In this document: positions 35,801-48,438 of the stretch, piece by piece
How positions within the stretch are numbered: position 1 is the stretch's first letter
Layout of the letters: every line of letters begins with the position of its first letter
Origin: Lama glama
Taxonomy: Eukaryota
Assembly: GCA_028534125.1 (NCBI GenBank)
Contig: CM052818.1
Span: 23,314,001-23,378,000 of the forward strand
Reading direction: 5' to 3'
Length of the DNA stretch: 64,000 bases
The notes under the pieces: generated by a model
Seen by the model: the letters and a program-made list of their open reading frames with translations, nothing else
Told to the model about the DNA's origin: nothing
The model's database searches: none
Translations under genes and position numbers: made by a program

Positions 35801-37209
35801 AGCTGCTCAGACATTTGAGACCTTGGACAGCTCCTGATGATGCTAGCTCAAGGATTTCAGGACGTAGGACAGCACCCAGCACTCCAGCCCCATACACAGT
35901 GAGAAATGAGCTCCACATCTCTATGGGGTTTGCCCATTTTCCTAGAAGGTAAAAAACGAACAAACAACAACAAACCCCACCCCCCAAACCCCAGGGTTTC
36001 TTAAGAATGCACTTTGGGAATCTGAAAGTTCTTGTTCCTGGTAGCAAATAAGGAGAAGGGGAACATGGTACATTCTATAGTAGAAAATATTTGAGTGCTT
36101 TACTTGGAAATTCTGGGGCAGTGGGGACACAGGTAGTCATCTGAGACCCTCCCTGAACTTGGTTATGCAAACTTGCGAGGAAGATTACACACATATATTT
36201 TACTGGGTGGGGAAATTAACTTTGTCTTAATTGGAGGATGAAAATATTCTGGATCAATTAATTTGTGTACTTTTATGTACAATTTATGTACTTTGACAGA
36301 TCTCTTAAGATTTGTGTGGGTGACTATTTTATTTAAGTTCCTCCTTGTTATTCAAGCGCCTAACAATCATCTGTATTGCTTCAGCTATGACAACATCAAT
36401 GAAAACAAGCACACAAACACTCCCTGAAGATACCCAATTGTGATTATCTCAAGCCGTAACTTGACGTACTCTCAGGTGTTATGATGAAGGTCCATTAAAG
36501 CTGGTACAGAATTGGATGTATCTCATCTTGGCTAATCTGGAAACTTTATATTACCAAAATATTATCTTGCTCTAGGCCAGAGTTAATGTGGGAAATGAGA
36601 ACATGTGGGTGATTAAGGAGTTCTCGTTATTTTCATACATCATTTGATCTTTAAATGTCCTTTTCCTTAATGGCTTTACAAGCAGACAAGTCAGTGGTTA
36701 TGGAGTGTTGAGTTAGCTAATATTTGCAGCAGGTTAAACTGTTTCTGCAGACAAGGCAAAGAGTATTAGCAAAATTTCACTTAAAATACATTCCCAAAAG
36801 CAACTCTTAATAGTAAGCAAACCATCCCACATTCGTCATATGTGGCCTGTCTGATGGTAGTCTGTAGCTTAATGTTCTATATACATAATGTATGTAAAGA
36901 GAAAGTCATTCTCTCAAAGGCATAGCTGATTTGAATTACCTGTCCTGAAAGGTATTGTTTTTTTGCTGTGGAAAAGACTATCTTGAGTCAGAGCCAATAA
37001 GACATGAGCTGCTCGAGAGGAGGGAGCAGAGCTATTAATATGCTCATCAGCTCCTCAGGAGACTAAGGGTATGCATTTGGTACAGAGTTTGTATCCATGA
37101 CCCTGACATTTTTCTCTCTATGAGGAATAATGAGATAGAAATTAATGACTCAAGGCTCTCAGCAACTCAGCAAACCTTCTGAACTATCTGTGCTAATTTC
37201 AGAGTAAAG

Positions 37210-38350
37210 ATAACTCAGGTAGTTTCTTTTCTTGGCTTCTATGACACCAGCTTCTCACGTTTGATTCCCCACCTTCAATCTCACTGGATGTGCTCTCTTT
37301 TAATCTCTTGACTGGCTGCATCTTTATTGCTTGACCTCCAGTCTCTTTCCTGGGTCCTCTTCTCTAGCTACACTGTCTCCCTGGCAGATTTGGTTTAGTC
37401 CCATAATGTTAATACCATCTGTATGCAGATGACTCCCAAATGTTTGTTTCCAGGCTTGACCTTTCCTTGAGCTGCAGGCTCATAAATCAAACAGCCTACT
37501 TGATGTCAGACTGCCTCCCTGAGTTGGATGTCTAACAGGCGTCTTAAATGCAGTGGGCCCAGACAGAACACTTTATCTTCATCTTTTCCTTCTTTCTAAA
37601 CTGTTCTTCTCCCACCTCTTCCTTGGAAAGTGACATCACCTTTTTCTAGTTTTTAAAGATAAAAACATGGGGGGGGGTCATTCCATTCTTTCCTCACTTG
37701 TCAGATCCAACCTCGGGGTCATTCCATTCTTTTCCTCACTTGTCACATCCAGTTAATCAGTTCCATCTCCAAGATATGCTCCCATATACTCACTTCCTTC
37801 CATTTCCACAACTGTCACCTCCAGGTTAAACAATCAACATATCTCATCTGGACTGTTTTAATAGTCTCTCAACTAGTCTCTCAGCTTCGGTTTTTGTTGT
37901 ACTCTAATCCTTTCTCCAAATAGAGCAAAAATAAATGATAAATCAAATCATATCACCTCCCTTCTTAATACTCACCAATAGTTTCTCTTTGAATTTAATA
38001 TAAAATTCAGACTTACTTATTTCCATGGCCTTTAACACTCTCCATGATACCATCACGTCCATCTCCCTAACTCAGCTTCTCCTATTCTCTCTTGCTTTCT
38101 CTGCTCCAGGCACATCAGCCTTCATTCAATTCCTTAAATACTCCTAGTTCATTCCCACCTCAAAGCTTTGCACTTATTTCTTCTGCCTGGAACTTTCCTA
38201 TTCAAGAGCTTCACATGGATGGCTCCTTCTCAATATTCAGGTTTAGCTTCAATGTTATCTTCACAGTGAGATTTTTATTCATGACAGAAAAATCATTCAC
38301 TTATTTCTCCTTCCATCACTATGTCTTTTGTCTCCTGGCTTCGTTTTGTT
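37210..38350 (+). mobile_element. LINE-2 fragment (~1.1 kb)
   Basis: cttggcttctatgacacc...ctgggtcctcttctct...taccatctgtatgcagatgactcccaaatg...ggatgtctaacaggcgtcttaaa...aaatcaaatcatatcacctcc...ctttgcacttatttcttctgcctggaac. Confidence 0.85.
37674..37751 (+). repeat. ~41-bp tandem duplication inside L2
   Basis: ggggtcattccattctttcctcacttgtcagatccaacctc followed by ggggtcattccattcttttcctcacttgtcacatcca. Confidence 0.85.
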
Positions 38351-39449
38351 AGTATCTGTCACATATTCAAACAAACAAAAGAAGTGATAATTTACTTGTT
38401 TTTAGTAATAGTCATAGTAAGCTAAATACTGTCACAGTGTTAAGTTTCAGTGGCTTGGCACGATATGGTTGGTTTCTTGTGCATGGCACAGTCCCCTGTC
38501 AGGTGGGAGTGGGGACTGGGTCTGATCTATTGCTACTTCTTGTCCACTCTGACCTCTCCTGAGTGGCTGAGACTTCTGTCCCTGCTGCCAAAAGCCACCG
38601 AGGTTGTCATGCTACTTTGTCATCCAGTGTCCTTTTTGTCCAAGGCAAGTTGCCTCTGCTGGTCCACTGGTGTTCTCTCAGGCAACTCTGTACCCTTACT
38701 GGGATTAGAGAAAACCTTTTGATGCTCTTCCATACCATTCTGTGCTAAAGGATCCTGGGGGGGAGCGGGGAGGTCATAGTTGGAGGACAGCTATATTGGG
38801 TTTTCTTTCTGCCTGAACATGCCAGCCTCCATTCTGCTCTGCTGGGAACACTCCCTGCTGTGTGAAACATTTCATGAGGTTTTAAGAAATTCTCTGCTCT
38901 CGTTCCAGGACCTATGGGGGGGGGGGCGCTCTATTGACACCTAACTGAAATTTCTTTTCTGAAAGGGGCCAAGAGGAAGGGCATCTATTTTAGAGACCAT
39001 CACCAATAATTTTCTCTCTTGCTTTTATCTACAAATTTTGAAGCCCTTTCTTTCAACTCATAAAGGTCTTTGATCTCCTTTCTGTGTAGTGAGAAGACTG
39101 ACATCTCAACTCTTCTCTTTCCAAACTGTGTTTATGGGTAAACTCTATGCCCTCTTCCTCCAAGCTTTGTCTTCCTGATGTTCAAAGCCAAGCTTTTTGA
39201 AATGAAACAAAACAAAGCAAAATAAAGCAAAGCATTTCTTTTTCAAGCACGTTGATTTTCAATACTCTTGTCTCTTCTGTGAATAAAAAAAGATATACAC
39301 TCAAAGCCACTGAGAACAGTGCTAACAGAATAGAAGCCACTTGCTGCTTTTTAAAGGGCACAAGGAAGTGAAGTGTGGGGGTTAAAATGGGACTGGCTGT
39401 GGACATGAGAAACCTTAGTGAAGATCTCAAAATATTACTCCTCTGCCAC

Positions 39450-39618
39450 ATCTTGTATATGAACTCTCTTCCCTCTCAGAAAATAATCTCCATGAGAGCA
39501 AAGACTTTGACAATCTCTTTTATTTACTTCTGGGACCTAAAACAGTGTTGTTCCAAAGTATATATTTGTTATAAGCAGTTTACAATGTTTAATAAATTAA
39601 TGTTTGCTGAATGAATGG
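39450..39618 (+). mobile_element. LINE-2 3' end
   Basis: ctccatgagagcaaagactttg...acctaaaacagtg...aataaattaatgtttgctgaatgaatg. Confidence 0.65.
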
Positions 39619-40169
39619 AAGAAAGGCTTTGGCATCTTCCTAAGCCTCAATTTAAGCTAGGCCTTCTGTCTGCCCATCTCTTCCTATTTCTATACCCCTT
39701 AAAATGATTTGAATGACCATGGATTACCAACTAAAAATTGTGTTGACAGTTGAAGAGGTCTTAGCATACCGTCTCTTTAGAATGGATCTTGTAAGTACTC
39801 TATAGACTGAATTCAAGTCCTTTCCTGCAGCACAGTTACCAGGAGAGGCACCTGGATTGCTAATACAGACCTTAAGAGGGTCCCTTCTAATGATAAGAAC
39901 TGAAACAAAATAAGGTTTTGTTATCCAGAAATTAATATAATTTAAGAAGATAGCACCAAAATATGCCCATGCCTTATTCTATAACATATTTTCCTCACAC
40001 TATTTTAACTTCTGTAGCATTAAAATAGTTTGGGCATGACAGTCATCTTACACAGATTGGAACAACTTAATTAAAGGCCATTTTATATTGCTTAAAGGAA
40101 GTAAGTGCTTTACAAACTTTGGAGGGATAAGGAGAAGAAAGGAAACCCACTTCTTTTCATAAGGGTCCA

Positions 40170-40620
40170 ACTTTGAGGCTAACATTTTGCTCCGTGGTCA
40201 TAGCCAGACCCTGCTATGTGGCTCCCCCTTCTTTTCCCAGCCATCTACTGAAGTGCCTTGCATGTGCAACCAGGCGCTGCCATTTGCCCATCACCTTGGC
40301 CATGCCATTCACTCAGCCATTCTTCTACTTTGGGGTTCAGCCTAAAGTCACCTCTTTGATACCCTGCCTCCTCTACCAACCCATCAGAATTACCTGTTCC
40401 TTTTTCCCCATAACATGCTTTTTATACCTCCATTTAGCACACATTTCATTCTTCCTTGGGTTCGAGTGGGTCAATGCCACGTGGTTCTCTCTTACTGCCT
40501 GCAGGTCTCTTGGAGATAGTGTGCATCTACCACAGCACTTTGCACACCAGGCACTCAGTTATTAACACTTATGTGTCTACCACGTTCCAGGCACTGGTCT
40601 AGGCCCTTGTATAGCTAGAT
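40170..40620. mobile_element. LINE-2 fragments
   Basis: cttggccatgccattc...gttcagcctaaagtcacctct...cacagcactttgcacaccaggcactcag, then tgtgtctaccacgttccaggcactggtctaggc. Confidence 0.55.
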
Positions 40621-41047
40621 AGAAAAAGCTCTCTGCTTGTGATCTAACAAAAATCTATTTTACAGTATTATTTTCAATTTAACAGACTTGAGTTTTACTT
40701 CAATATTACAAGACAGGTGATTTTGTCTTCTTTTTTCATTCTTCACATTTTAGATGCAGGACTTTTAGATACATAGATGACTATACTTTTTGATTATATG
40801 TCGTCTCCAGATGTATTCATATTTCTGCCCTGTTCTCACTGTTCAGGAAAGAAGCTGAATCCTTTATCTACACGAACACATAGAGACACTTCTTTATGTT
40901 TGTTGGGAGGAGTGGGGTGAAAGGTAACATCTGTGTTTACCCTTTGTTATCTTAATTTAAATTGTTTTATCAGGCAGAGTCCCTTTGGAAACAATTATTC
41001 ATCAAGTACGTATTTATTGACTACCTTCTATGCATAATACCCTTCTT

Positions 41048-41196
41048 TTTTGTATATATATATATATATAGTTATGAATTATAGTCAGTTTACAATGTAT
41101 CAATTTCAGGTGTACAGCATAATGCTTCAGTCATACATGAACATACATATATTCATCTTCATATTCTTTTTCACCATAAGTTACTACAAGATACTG
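41048..41196 (-). mobile_element. Short young L1 3' end with 12-bp TSD
   Basis: Same 3' UTR as 26171-26300; perfect TSD aatacccttctt at 41036-41047 and 41197-41208. Confidence 0.9.
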
Positions 41197-41304
41197 AATA
41201 CCCTTCTTATTATCTGGATTTACACTTGGTGTAAACTAGCACAAACCATCCAATTTTGAAGGGATTATTAATTTCTTGCCAAACTCAGCCACACATTGAC
41301 TATG

Positions 41305-41730
41305 TTAACTTATTAATTAAGGAGTTGCTAGTTGCTAAAAGAGACAATCCCCGAAATCTCAGTGGTTGAACCAACAGGAGTTATTCACATAAGCACAGTT
41401 CAGTACAAGTATTCCGTGTAGTGATTCAGGGACCCAGGCTCTTTCCATTTTGTGGTTCTGCTGTTTCTTAGGGCTTCAGAATGCTTGGCTTCCAGCTGGT
41501 AGGTGGAAAAGAGAGAGGGCAGGAAGCATGTGGAATATTTTTATAGGCTAGACCTTGAACTGTAATACATCATGGCTCACAATCCATTGTCTAGAAGTCC
41601 ATCATGTGGCCCCACCTAGAGGCAAAGTGGGGGCGTGCTGGAGAACATGATCTCTGACTGAGCTGCTGCTTCCTTGCAGCAACCCTGGCTCTATGGACCA
41701 GAGCATGGATGTTTAATCTCTGTCACTATT
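41305..41730 (-). mobile_element. MaLR LTR (MLT1K/L-like)
   Basis: ccccgaaatctcagtggttgaaccaaca...gtgattcagggacccaggctctttccattttgtggttctgc...catggctcacaatccattgtctagaagtccatcatgtggccccacct. Confidence 0.75.
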
Positions 41731-42188
41731 TAGGCTAAGTGGTGAAGCCAGTGATGTCTGCATTCTCATGCCCCTGGCTTCTTGTTTCTGTTCCTTTTGC
41801 CCCCCTCCGTGCTCCTCCCTTCACCTCCTCCCGAGCTGTATAGGTGCCCAGTCACCTGCCCTTCATCAGAAACTGCTCTCGGGAAGGAAGCGATGGTCGT
41901 ACTGAAGTCTCAGGGACAGATGAGACTCAGTCTAGGGCTGTTTGCATTTTAACAGAAGAAAGCCTCTGTTTGATATAAGTAAAAACAAAAAATGAAGCTC
42001 TAATAAGGGAATCTGAAGGCATGTGAAGTATTTTGGGGGAACAAGAAGCATGCAGTTCCTAAAATTAAACCACATGTTAGACCTGGCAGTGTCTTTCTAC
42101 ACAGCCCCCCAAAACCACAGGGCTCTTAACTCTGGAATGGGTTTCTTTGTTCTTTCATATAGTTTGGAAACTTTCCATAAAGACAGGC

Positions 42189-42560
42189 TGTCGTGTGCTG
42201 AATCATGTCCCCCCCACCCAACCCCCCAGCAAATTCATATATTGAAGCCCTAAAACCAGGTACCTCAGAATGTCACTATTTGGAGATAGGGCCTTAAGAA
42301 GTGATCAAGTTAAAATGAAGCTGTAAGCGTGGGTCCTAATCCACTCTGACTGGTGTCCTTATAGGAACAGGAGATTAGGACACACAGGGAGACAACAGGC
42401 CATGTGCACAGAGGGAATGCCATGTGGGGACACAGTAAGAAGGCAGCCACCTAGAAGAGAGGACTCAGAAGAGACCAAACCTACCAATACTTTGATCTTG
42501 GACTTCCAACCTCCAGAACTGTTAGAAATAAATTTCTGTTGTTTTAAGCCACCCGATCTG
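42189..42560 (+). mobile_element. MaLR LTR (MLT1B-like)
   Basis: tgtcgtgtgctgaatcatgtccc...aaattcatatattgaagccctaa...atttggagatagggcctt...ctgactggtgtccttatag...ttgatcttggacttccaacctccagaactgttagaaataaatttctgttgttttaagccaccc. Confidence 0.9.
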
Positions 42561-44814
42561 AGAACACTAGTATCCAGATCCCCCCATTTTGTATATGGAT
42601 CAGTGTTTTTCAGTGTGACAGGGGCTATGAGAAGGCTTGGGAGCAAGGGTCCTTGACTATAAGGGAATCACAGATTAGTGAAAGAGCTTAATGACTGAGA
42701 GAGAATGGGTTCTGTGTTTCCTTGCAAAGCCGAGGGTGTAATCTGTTAGATATTCTCCAGAATAGTGAATTTGCATTGTGAGCTCTGAGTTAACTCCCTT
42801 AAAACATGGTCAACTAAATTTGTGCTTGTCTCCATTTGTGTTTCTATGGACTAGTTTACCTTAAGTTAGATGGGAGGAGTGGAAGATTCCTGCAAAATGC
42901 TTTAACTCGTGAAAAATAAAAATTCTGAATAAATATTGGTCAAAAACTTCTTGCTGGATCAAATACTCAGCTGGCAATGCATAACTGGATGATTCAAATT
43001 TCAGGTGGCACTGTGGTCAGCACAGACAGGCTGGACTTGGACTGCCTTTTTGCCTTTTTTTTTTAAACTAAGTAGGTAGAGCCTCAAGTCTTAGTTCCCT
43101 CTTGCTTCCGAAACTCAGCAACTGCCAGTATATATTTTAGCACCCAAAGCTGAGTTCAGGACTCTATAGTGCCTTAGAGCCTGCCAGCACTGTGTTGGCC
43201 AAGTGTTTCTCCTTTCTTGCAGACACACCAGTGGCTCTGGGGCCTTTTCCAGGAAACAATGTTCAAGAATTCAAACCCCATCACAAAACCTCTGTGGGTG
43301 GACAGGAGACAGCAGGCATCTGGTTTCCAGAGATAGGAAACAGAAACAGCATGGTCCTGTCAAGTTGCTTTCTGTAATGCTTTGTTACAATCCAATGCTC
43401 TTTATCTTAAGAAGCAGTCATGAGCTGCTTAATTTGAGATTTTCGGAGAGCAAATTATCCTTTTGGCAGAAAGGGAAAAAAAATGTGTCAACCATCTGGC
43501 TAAATCAAAGGCATCAGCATAGAGGAGGGAGCTTGTACACTGAAGGGGGGCAGTGTGGTGGGGGGAGAACGAGCTCGGGACTGGGGTTCCAGTCCCCACA
43601 CTGCCACCAGCTGCTGACATGTCCCGGCTCAATCACTTAACCTTGGATTTTCCTCCCCTATTGTAACAGCAGGAGTCTTGGTGGGGCTATGCTGGGACTC
43701 TTGGGGAATGGAGTTAGGAGACTTTGCTAACTTCATGCAACTGTTTGCAGCCACTTATTTGCAAAGGGCCTAAGACAAAAGGACTTCACTGCTGTCCACA
43801 GCTGGGATTCCAACAATTATGGACATGTCTGATGGATTGGTACGTGTGCATATGTCTGAAGTCCTATTCTAGGGGCGTGAGGGAGGCCGCTGAGAGAGAA
43901 TGCAACAGAAAAAGGAGTTGGGCAAGGAGAGCCTGATTTTAAAATGAGACTTGAACCCAGGTAAATGGAACTCCACAGAGGGGATCCAGAATCCTCATCA
44001 TACAGTGCCTCCATAGAACAGCACTCTGTTCGGTGCCCTTGTCTTCCCCTTTTGAATCACCCCACATCTCCCTTTTGTTCTGCATGTGGGGCTCTCCCTA
44101 GCCCTCAAAAGATCACTGGGCTCTCGTGACTTCTAGCCCTTTTCCTCCCTAGTCAGAACTCCATGGAAGATACTGCTTTCAGTCACTTATGCTTTAGAGC
44201 TGGAGAGAAAAATGTTGAGACATTTTGATATTGTTTAAAAATGTTTCTGCTGTCGTCAATGTTTGTATTTACTTGTACCACAATTGGTACCAGAAAAGAG
44301 ACAAGTGATCTTTTTTTCCCTAACCCCAAGAAGATCTGAATCGTTTTTATACTGGTTGACTTATATAACAAGCTCAGTGAAGTCACTGTGGGTTAAATAT
44401 TACAAATGCAATTTCCTATAACAAATACGCAATGATTGGTAAATGCAGTTTTCTACAGTGGGCAGTTCAGTGAGTTTTATGGTCTCAAGGTTAGAGGTTG
44501 TGTAATAATTAACCCACAAGAAAATCCCACAAGAAAACTCTGTGTACAGACTACTGAATTTTATGGTGACAAAATACAGAAAAAGTGTAAATCTGACAAA
44601 AAAAGCATTCTCCCCTCCAATTTATCTTATGTTTGTTTTCTTAATGGCTTGAAGTTAACTGAGTGGTAAATACTTTCTGGTTCTTTCCTTATCTACACGA
44701 GGTATAATTGTTAGCACTGTACACAGTATTCTCAAAGTCTCATGTCAATAGTTCAAAGCTTCTCAATCTCTCAAAACTCTTTCATGAAAAGACTTGTGGC
44801 TTCTGTTGGCTTCT

Positions 44815-44975
44815 GTTTTTTTTTTCTTTTTAAACATTTTACTTTTATCTTCCCCCAACTTTATTGAGATATGATTTATGATTTACACATGACATTGTAT
44901 AAGCTAAAGGTGCATGACGTGATGATTTGATACACAAACATATTGTAAAATGATTACCACTATCAGGTTAGGTTG
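44815..44975 (-). mobile_element. L1MA-like 3' end
   Basis: ccccaactttattgagatatgatt...cattgtataagctaaaggtgcatgacgtgatgatttgatacac...tgtaaaatgattaccac. Confidence 0.75.
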
Positions 44976-45930
44976 ATAGATGTTGGGGGTCTGGACTAAG
45001 GCAGTGTCACTGGAAATGAAGATAGTTGGAAGGACTTTGAGAAGGTGAAGTAGACTTGGTGAGCAATTTAATGTGGATGTGAGGAAGGAGAACAGTGGCT
45101 GGTGAATGTAAGTGTCATATGCATATTCAGGAACAGGTGTGAAGGGCGAGGATGAGGAAATCAGTTCTGGACTTGTTGAATTTGGGTCCCAGTGGGACAA
45201 GTGGCAGTGTTGAGTAGGAGGTGGATTCCATGGGTCTAGAGCTTGAGAGAGTGGTGTGGTTGGTAGTTTAGATGGTGAATGAAATAATGGGAGAAGATAA
45301 AAAGGGAAAAGAGAAGTGATCCTAAGATAGAACACTGAGGAATCAATACCTGAGTGACAGGCAACAGAAGAGGAAGGCCCTGTGATTAGAGAGTAGGAGA
45401 AAAACCAGGGGAGCCTGAGCCATGGTGGAGAGAGTTCAGTAACAGAGAGATTAACAGTATCAAGTGAAAAGGATGAATCAAGTAAAATAAGGAGTGACGT
45501 GTGCCTGTAGGAGTCAGCGCAAGGGTAGACACTGGCGTATTTGGCAAGAGCAGTTAAAATGCTGTGATGGGCCAGCTGCCAGATTCCTTTGGGATGAGGA
45601 GTGGAAAGAAGGAGAGGACATGGAGGTAGGGAGTGTTAGCAGACTGTTTCAAGAGGAGAGGGGCTATGTTCTGAAGAGACCATGGAGCTAGAAGAGCGTA
45701 TTTTATCTCTTGATGGGAAAGAGCCAGTAGATAAGAAAGTTTGAAGATTCATGAAAGAGATGGAATAATGAATAAAATGAAGTGAACATGAGTGGTATCC
45801 AGAAACAGAGGGGGACAAATTAGTCTTAAGCAGGAGGAGCCTTAATACATTGGGTGTGAAGGAGACAAAGATGAGCACAAATGGGAGCATTTTGCAGCTG
45901 TGGAGGCAGGAAGCTGTGAAATGGGAGTGA
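44976..45930 (-). mobile_element. LINE-2 fragment
   Basis: Purine-rich: gtctggactaaggcagtgtcactgga...gacttggtgagcaatttaatgtgg...tcagttctggacttgttgaattt...gagtaggagaaaaaccagggg. Confidence 0.75.
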
Positions 45931-46517
45931 GAGTGTGTAGTCTTCTACTTGTGGGTTATTTCTTTCTGTGCATTTCATGAACTATTGTCAGAAATGCTAT
46001 CAACGAGTTTTCTTTTGGTACTTATCTTTTGTAGCTGTTGCTATTAAAGCAGATTTTCCTAATGCCGATCATGAGAAGGGAGAACTCTGTAAGCAATAAC
46101 CAGTTCTAAGTGAAGCAGAGTAAGGGTCCTGGCCAATCCCAGGATTATGGCAGTTAATGTAACTGCTATCCCTTCCAGGCTGGCTGGCCTTCCTTTGCTG
46201 CCAGATTTAGGTTAGCACCTATCAGGATGGGTTAAAAGAAACTGCAGCCACTGTCACTGTCCTAGCTTTCTTCCATCTAGTTTTAGCCAGAACAGCTTAA
46301 GGATTAATTAAGATACTATTTTTAAAAGAGCTTTGAAAATTGTAGATTATCAGAAATGTGGAGTAAGATGATTATATGATGCAGTATGAAGTGCTGGAAA
46401 ACAATGATACAGAAATGATTTTGGTTGGACATCGTACCTCACTGAGACCCTTCACCTTCTCATTCATAAAGCAGCCTTTTCCTACCAGCCTGTAGAATTA
46501 TTGTCAGCCTCCAATGC

Positions 46518-46690
46518 AGTGGTTTTCAGTGTGGCTGGCACTGTTCTTTGGGGGTGATTTTGGAGTGAGTAGGACCAGTTTCAGTTGTTGCAATAATGGG
46601 GAAAGGGTGGCATTTGATGGGGTGGAGGGGTTCAGGAATTTTGAGCATGTCACATGCATTTGACAATCCCACAGAGAATTTTCCCACATC
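46518..46690 (+). mobile_element. MER20B-like hAT element (partial)
   Basis: cagtggttttcagtgtgg...gggggtgattttgg...ttgttgcaataatgggg...ggcatttgatgggg...gacaatcccacagagaattttcccac. Confidence 0.55.
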
Positions 46691-46699
46691 CGATAGTAC

Positions 46700-48100
46700 A
46701 ATTGATGGGTCGTATGGTAGTTGCACATTTAGTTTTTTAAGAAAATGTTTCCCATAGAGGCAATACCATTTTACTTCTCAACAGCAATGTATGAATGATC
46801 CAGTTTCTCCACAGTCTTCGTCAGTATTTGATGTTGTCACTATTTTTTATTCATTCTGATAGGTGTGTAAAGATGTTTAAAATAGTGTGTAGGTAGTTGT
46901 GTAGGTGTGTAGAGATGTTTAATTGTGGTGTTAGTTTACATTTCCTTGGTGGCTAGTGATGTGAAAATCTTTTTATGTGCCCCTTTGCCATCTGTATATC
47001 TTCCTTGATGAAATGTCTGTTCATGTCTTTTCTCATTTTCTGATTGGATTGTTTCTTTTTCATCAAGTTTTGAGACTTCTTAATATATTCTAGATACCAG
47101 TCCCTTGTTGGATTTATGGTTTGTAAATATTTTCTCCCAGAATGTAGCTTGTCTTTTCATTCTCTTGACAGAGTCTTCTGTGGAGCAAACTTTAAAATTT
47201 TAATGAAATCTAATCTATTCTTTGCCTAACCTTGAATCCTGAAGATTTTCCCTTAAGTTTTCCTTCTAGTGATTTATGGTTTCATGATTCACATTTAAGT
47301 CTGTGATCCATTTTGAGTCAACTTGTGTGCAAGACTTAGGTCAGGGTTCATTTTTCTTTTTTGACCTATGGATGTCCTACTCCTCCAGCACCATTTGTTG
47401 AATTATTTTTGTTCCTTTGCCAAAAACCATTTGGGCATATTTGTGTGAGTCTGTCTCTGCATTCTTTATTCTGTTCCATCAATCTATGTGGTTCTCCTTC
47501 CACTAGAACCACATAGTCTTGATTATGGTGGCTCTATAAGAAGTTTTAAAGATGAATAGACAAATTCCTACCACCTTATTTTCTTTCTAAAAATGTTTTG
47601 TCTATTCTAGTTTTTGTCTTTCTTTATACGTTTTTAGAGTAATCTTGTCTGTAGATACCAAAAAACTTTGTTGGAGTTTTTGATAGTAATTGTGTTAAAA
47701 ACTGTATGTTAATCTGAGGAGAAATGACACCTTAACTATGTTGAGTTTTCCAATCTATGAACATGTTATGTCTCTCCATTTATTTAGATTTTTTTTATTT
47801 CTTTAATCAACATTGTATAGTTTTCAGCATAGATGTACTAAACACATTTTCTAAGATTTATACCTAAGTATTTCATTTTTTGAGTGGTTTTAAATGATAT
47901 TATGTTTTTAATTTTGATATTCACATGTCCATTGCTAGTATGTAGAAATACAATTGATTTTTGTATGTTTATATTGTCTCCTACAACCTTCCTGAACTCA
48001 CTTATTAGTTCTAGGAGATGTTTTGTATGTTCCTTGTGATTTTCTATATAGGTAATTATGTCATTGGAAAATATGGGGAGTATTATTTCTTTCTTTCTGA
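46700..48100 (-). mobile_element. Old LINE-1 ORF2 region (host element, 3' part)
   Basis: caataccattttacttctcaacagcaatgtatg...ccagcaccatttgttgaa...tccaatctatgaacatg...aatacaattgatttttgtatg; continues at 53161 after the nested insertion. Confidence 0.85.
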
Positions 48101-48438
48101 TCCATATGCCTTTTTTAACATTTTTTTATTGATTTATAATCATTTTACAATGTTGTGTCAAATTCCAGTGTAGAGCACAATTTTTCAGTTATACATGAAC
48201 ATATATATATTTATTGTCACACTTTTTTCTCTGTGAGCTACCATAAGATCTTGTGTATATTTCCCTGTGCTTTACAGTACAATCTTGTTTATCTATTCTA
48301 CAATTTTGAAATCCCATCTATCCCTTCCCACCTTCCACCCCTTTGGCAACCACAAGTTTGTATTCTATGTCTGTGAGTCTATTTCTGTTTTGTATTTATG
48401 CTTTGTTTTTGTTTTTGTTTCTGTTTCTGTTTTTGTTT

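Noticed and set aside
38420..39180. Stretch that looks like an old repeat or LTR
   Set aside because: I could not assign a family with confidence; it needs a Dfam search.
44183..44420. Minus-strand exon-like segment (cacag|tgacttcactgag...) as a partner for the 55787-55868 unit
   Set aside because: The phase-compatible frame stops after DFTELVI, the open frame has no recognisable homology, and the donors are weak.
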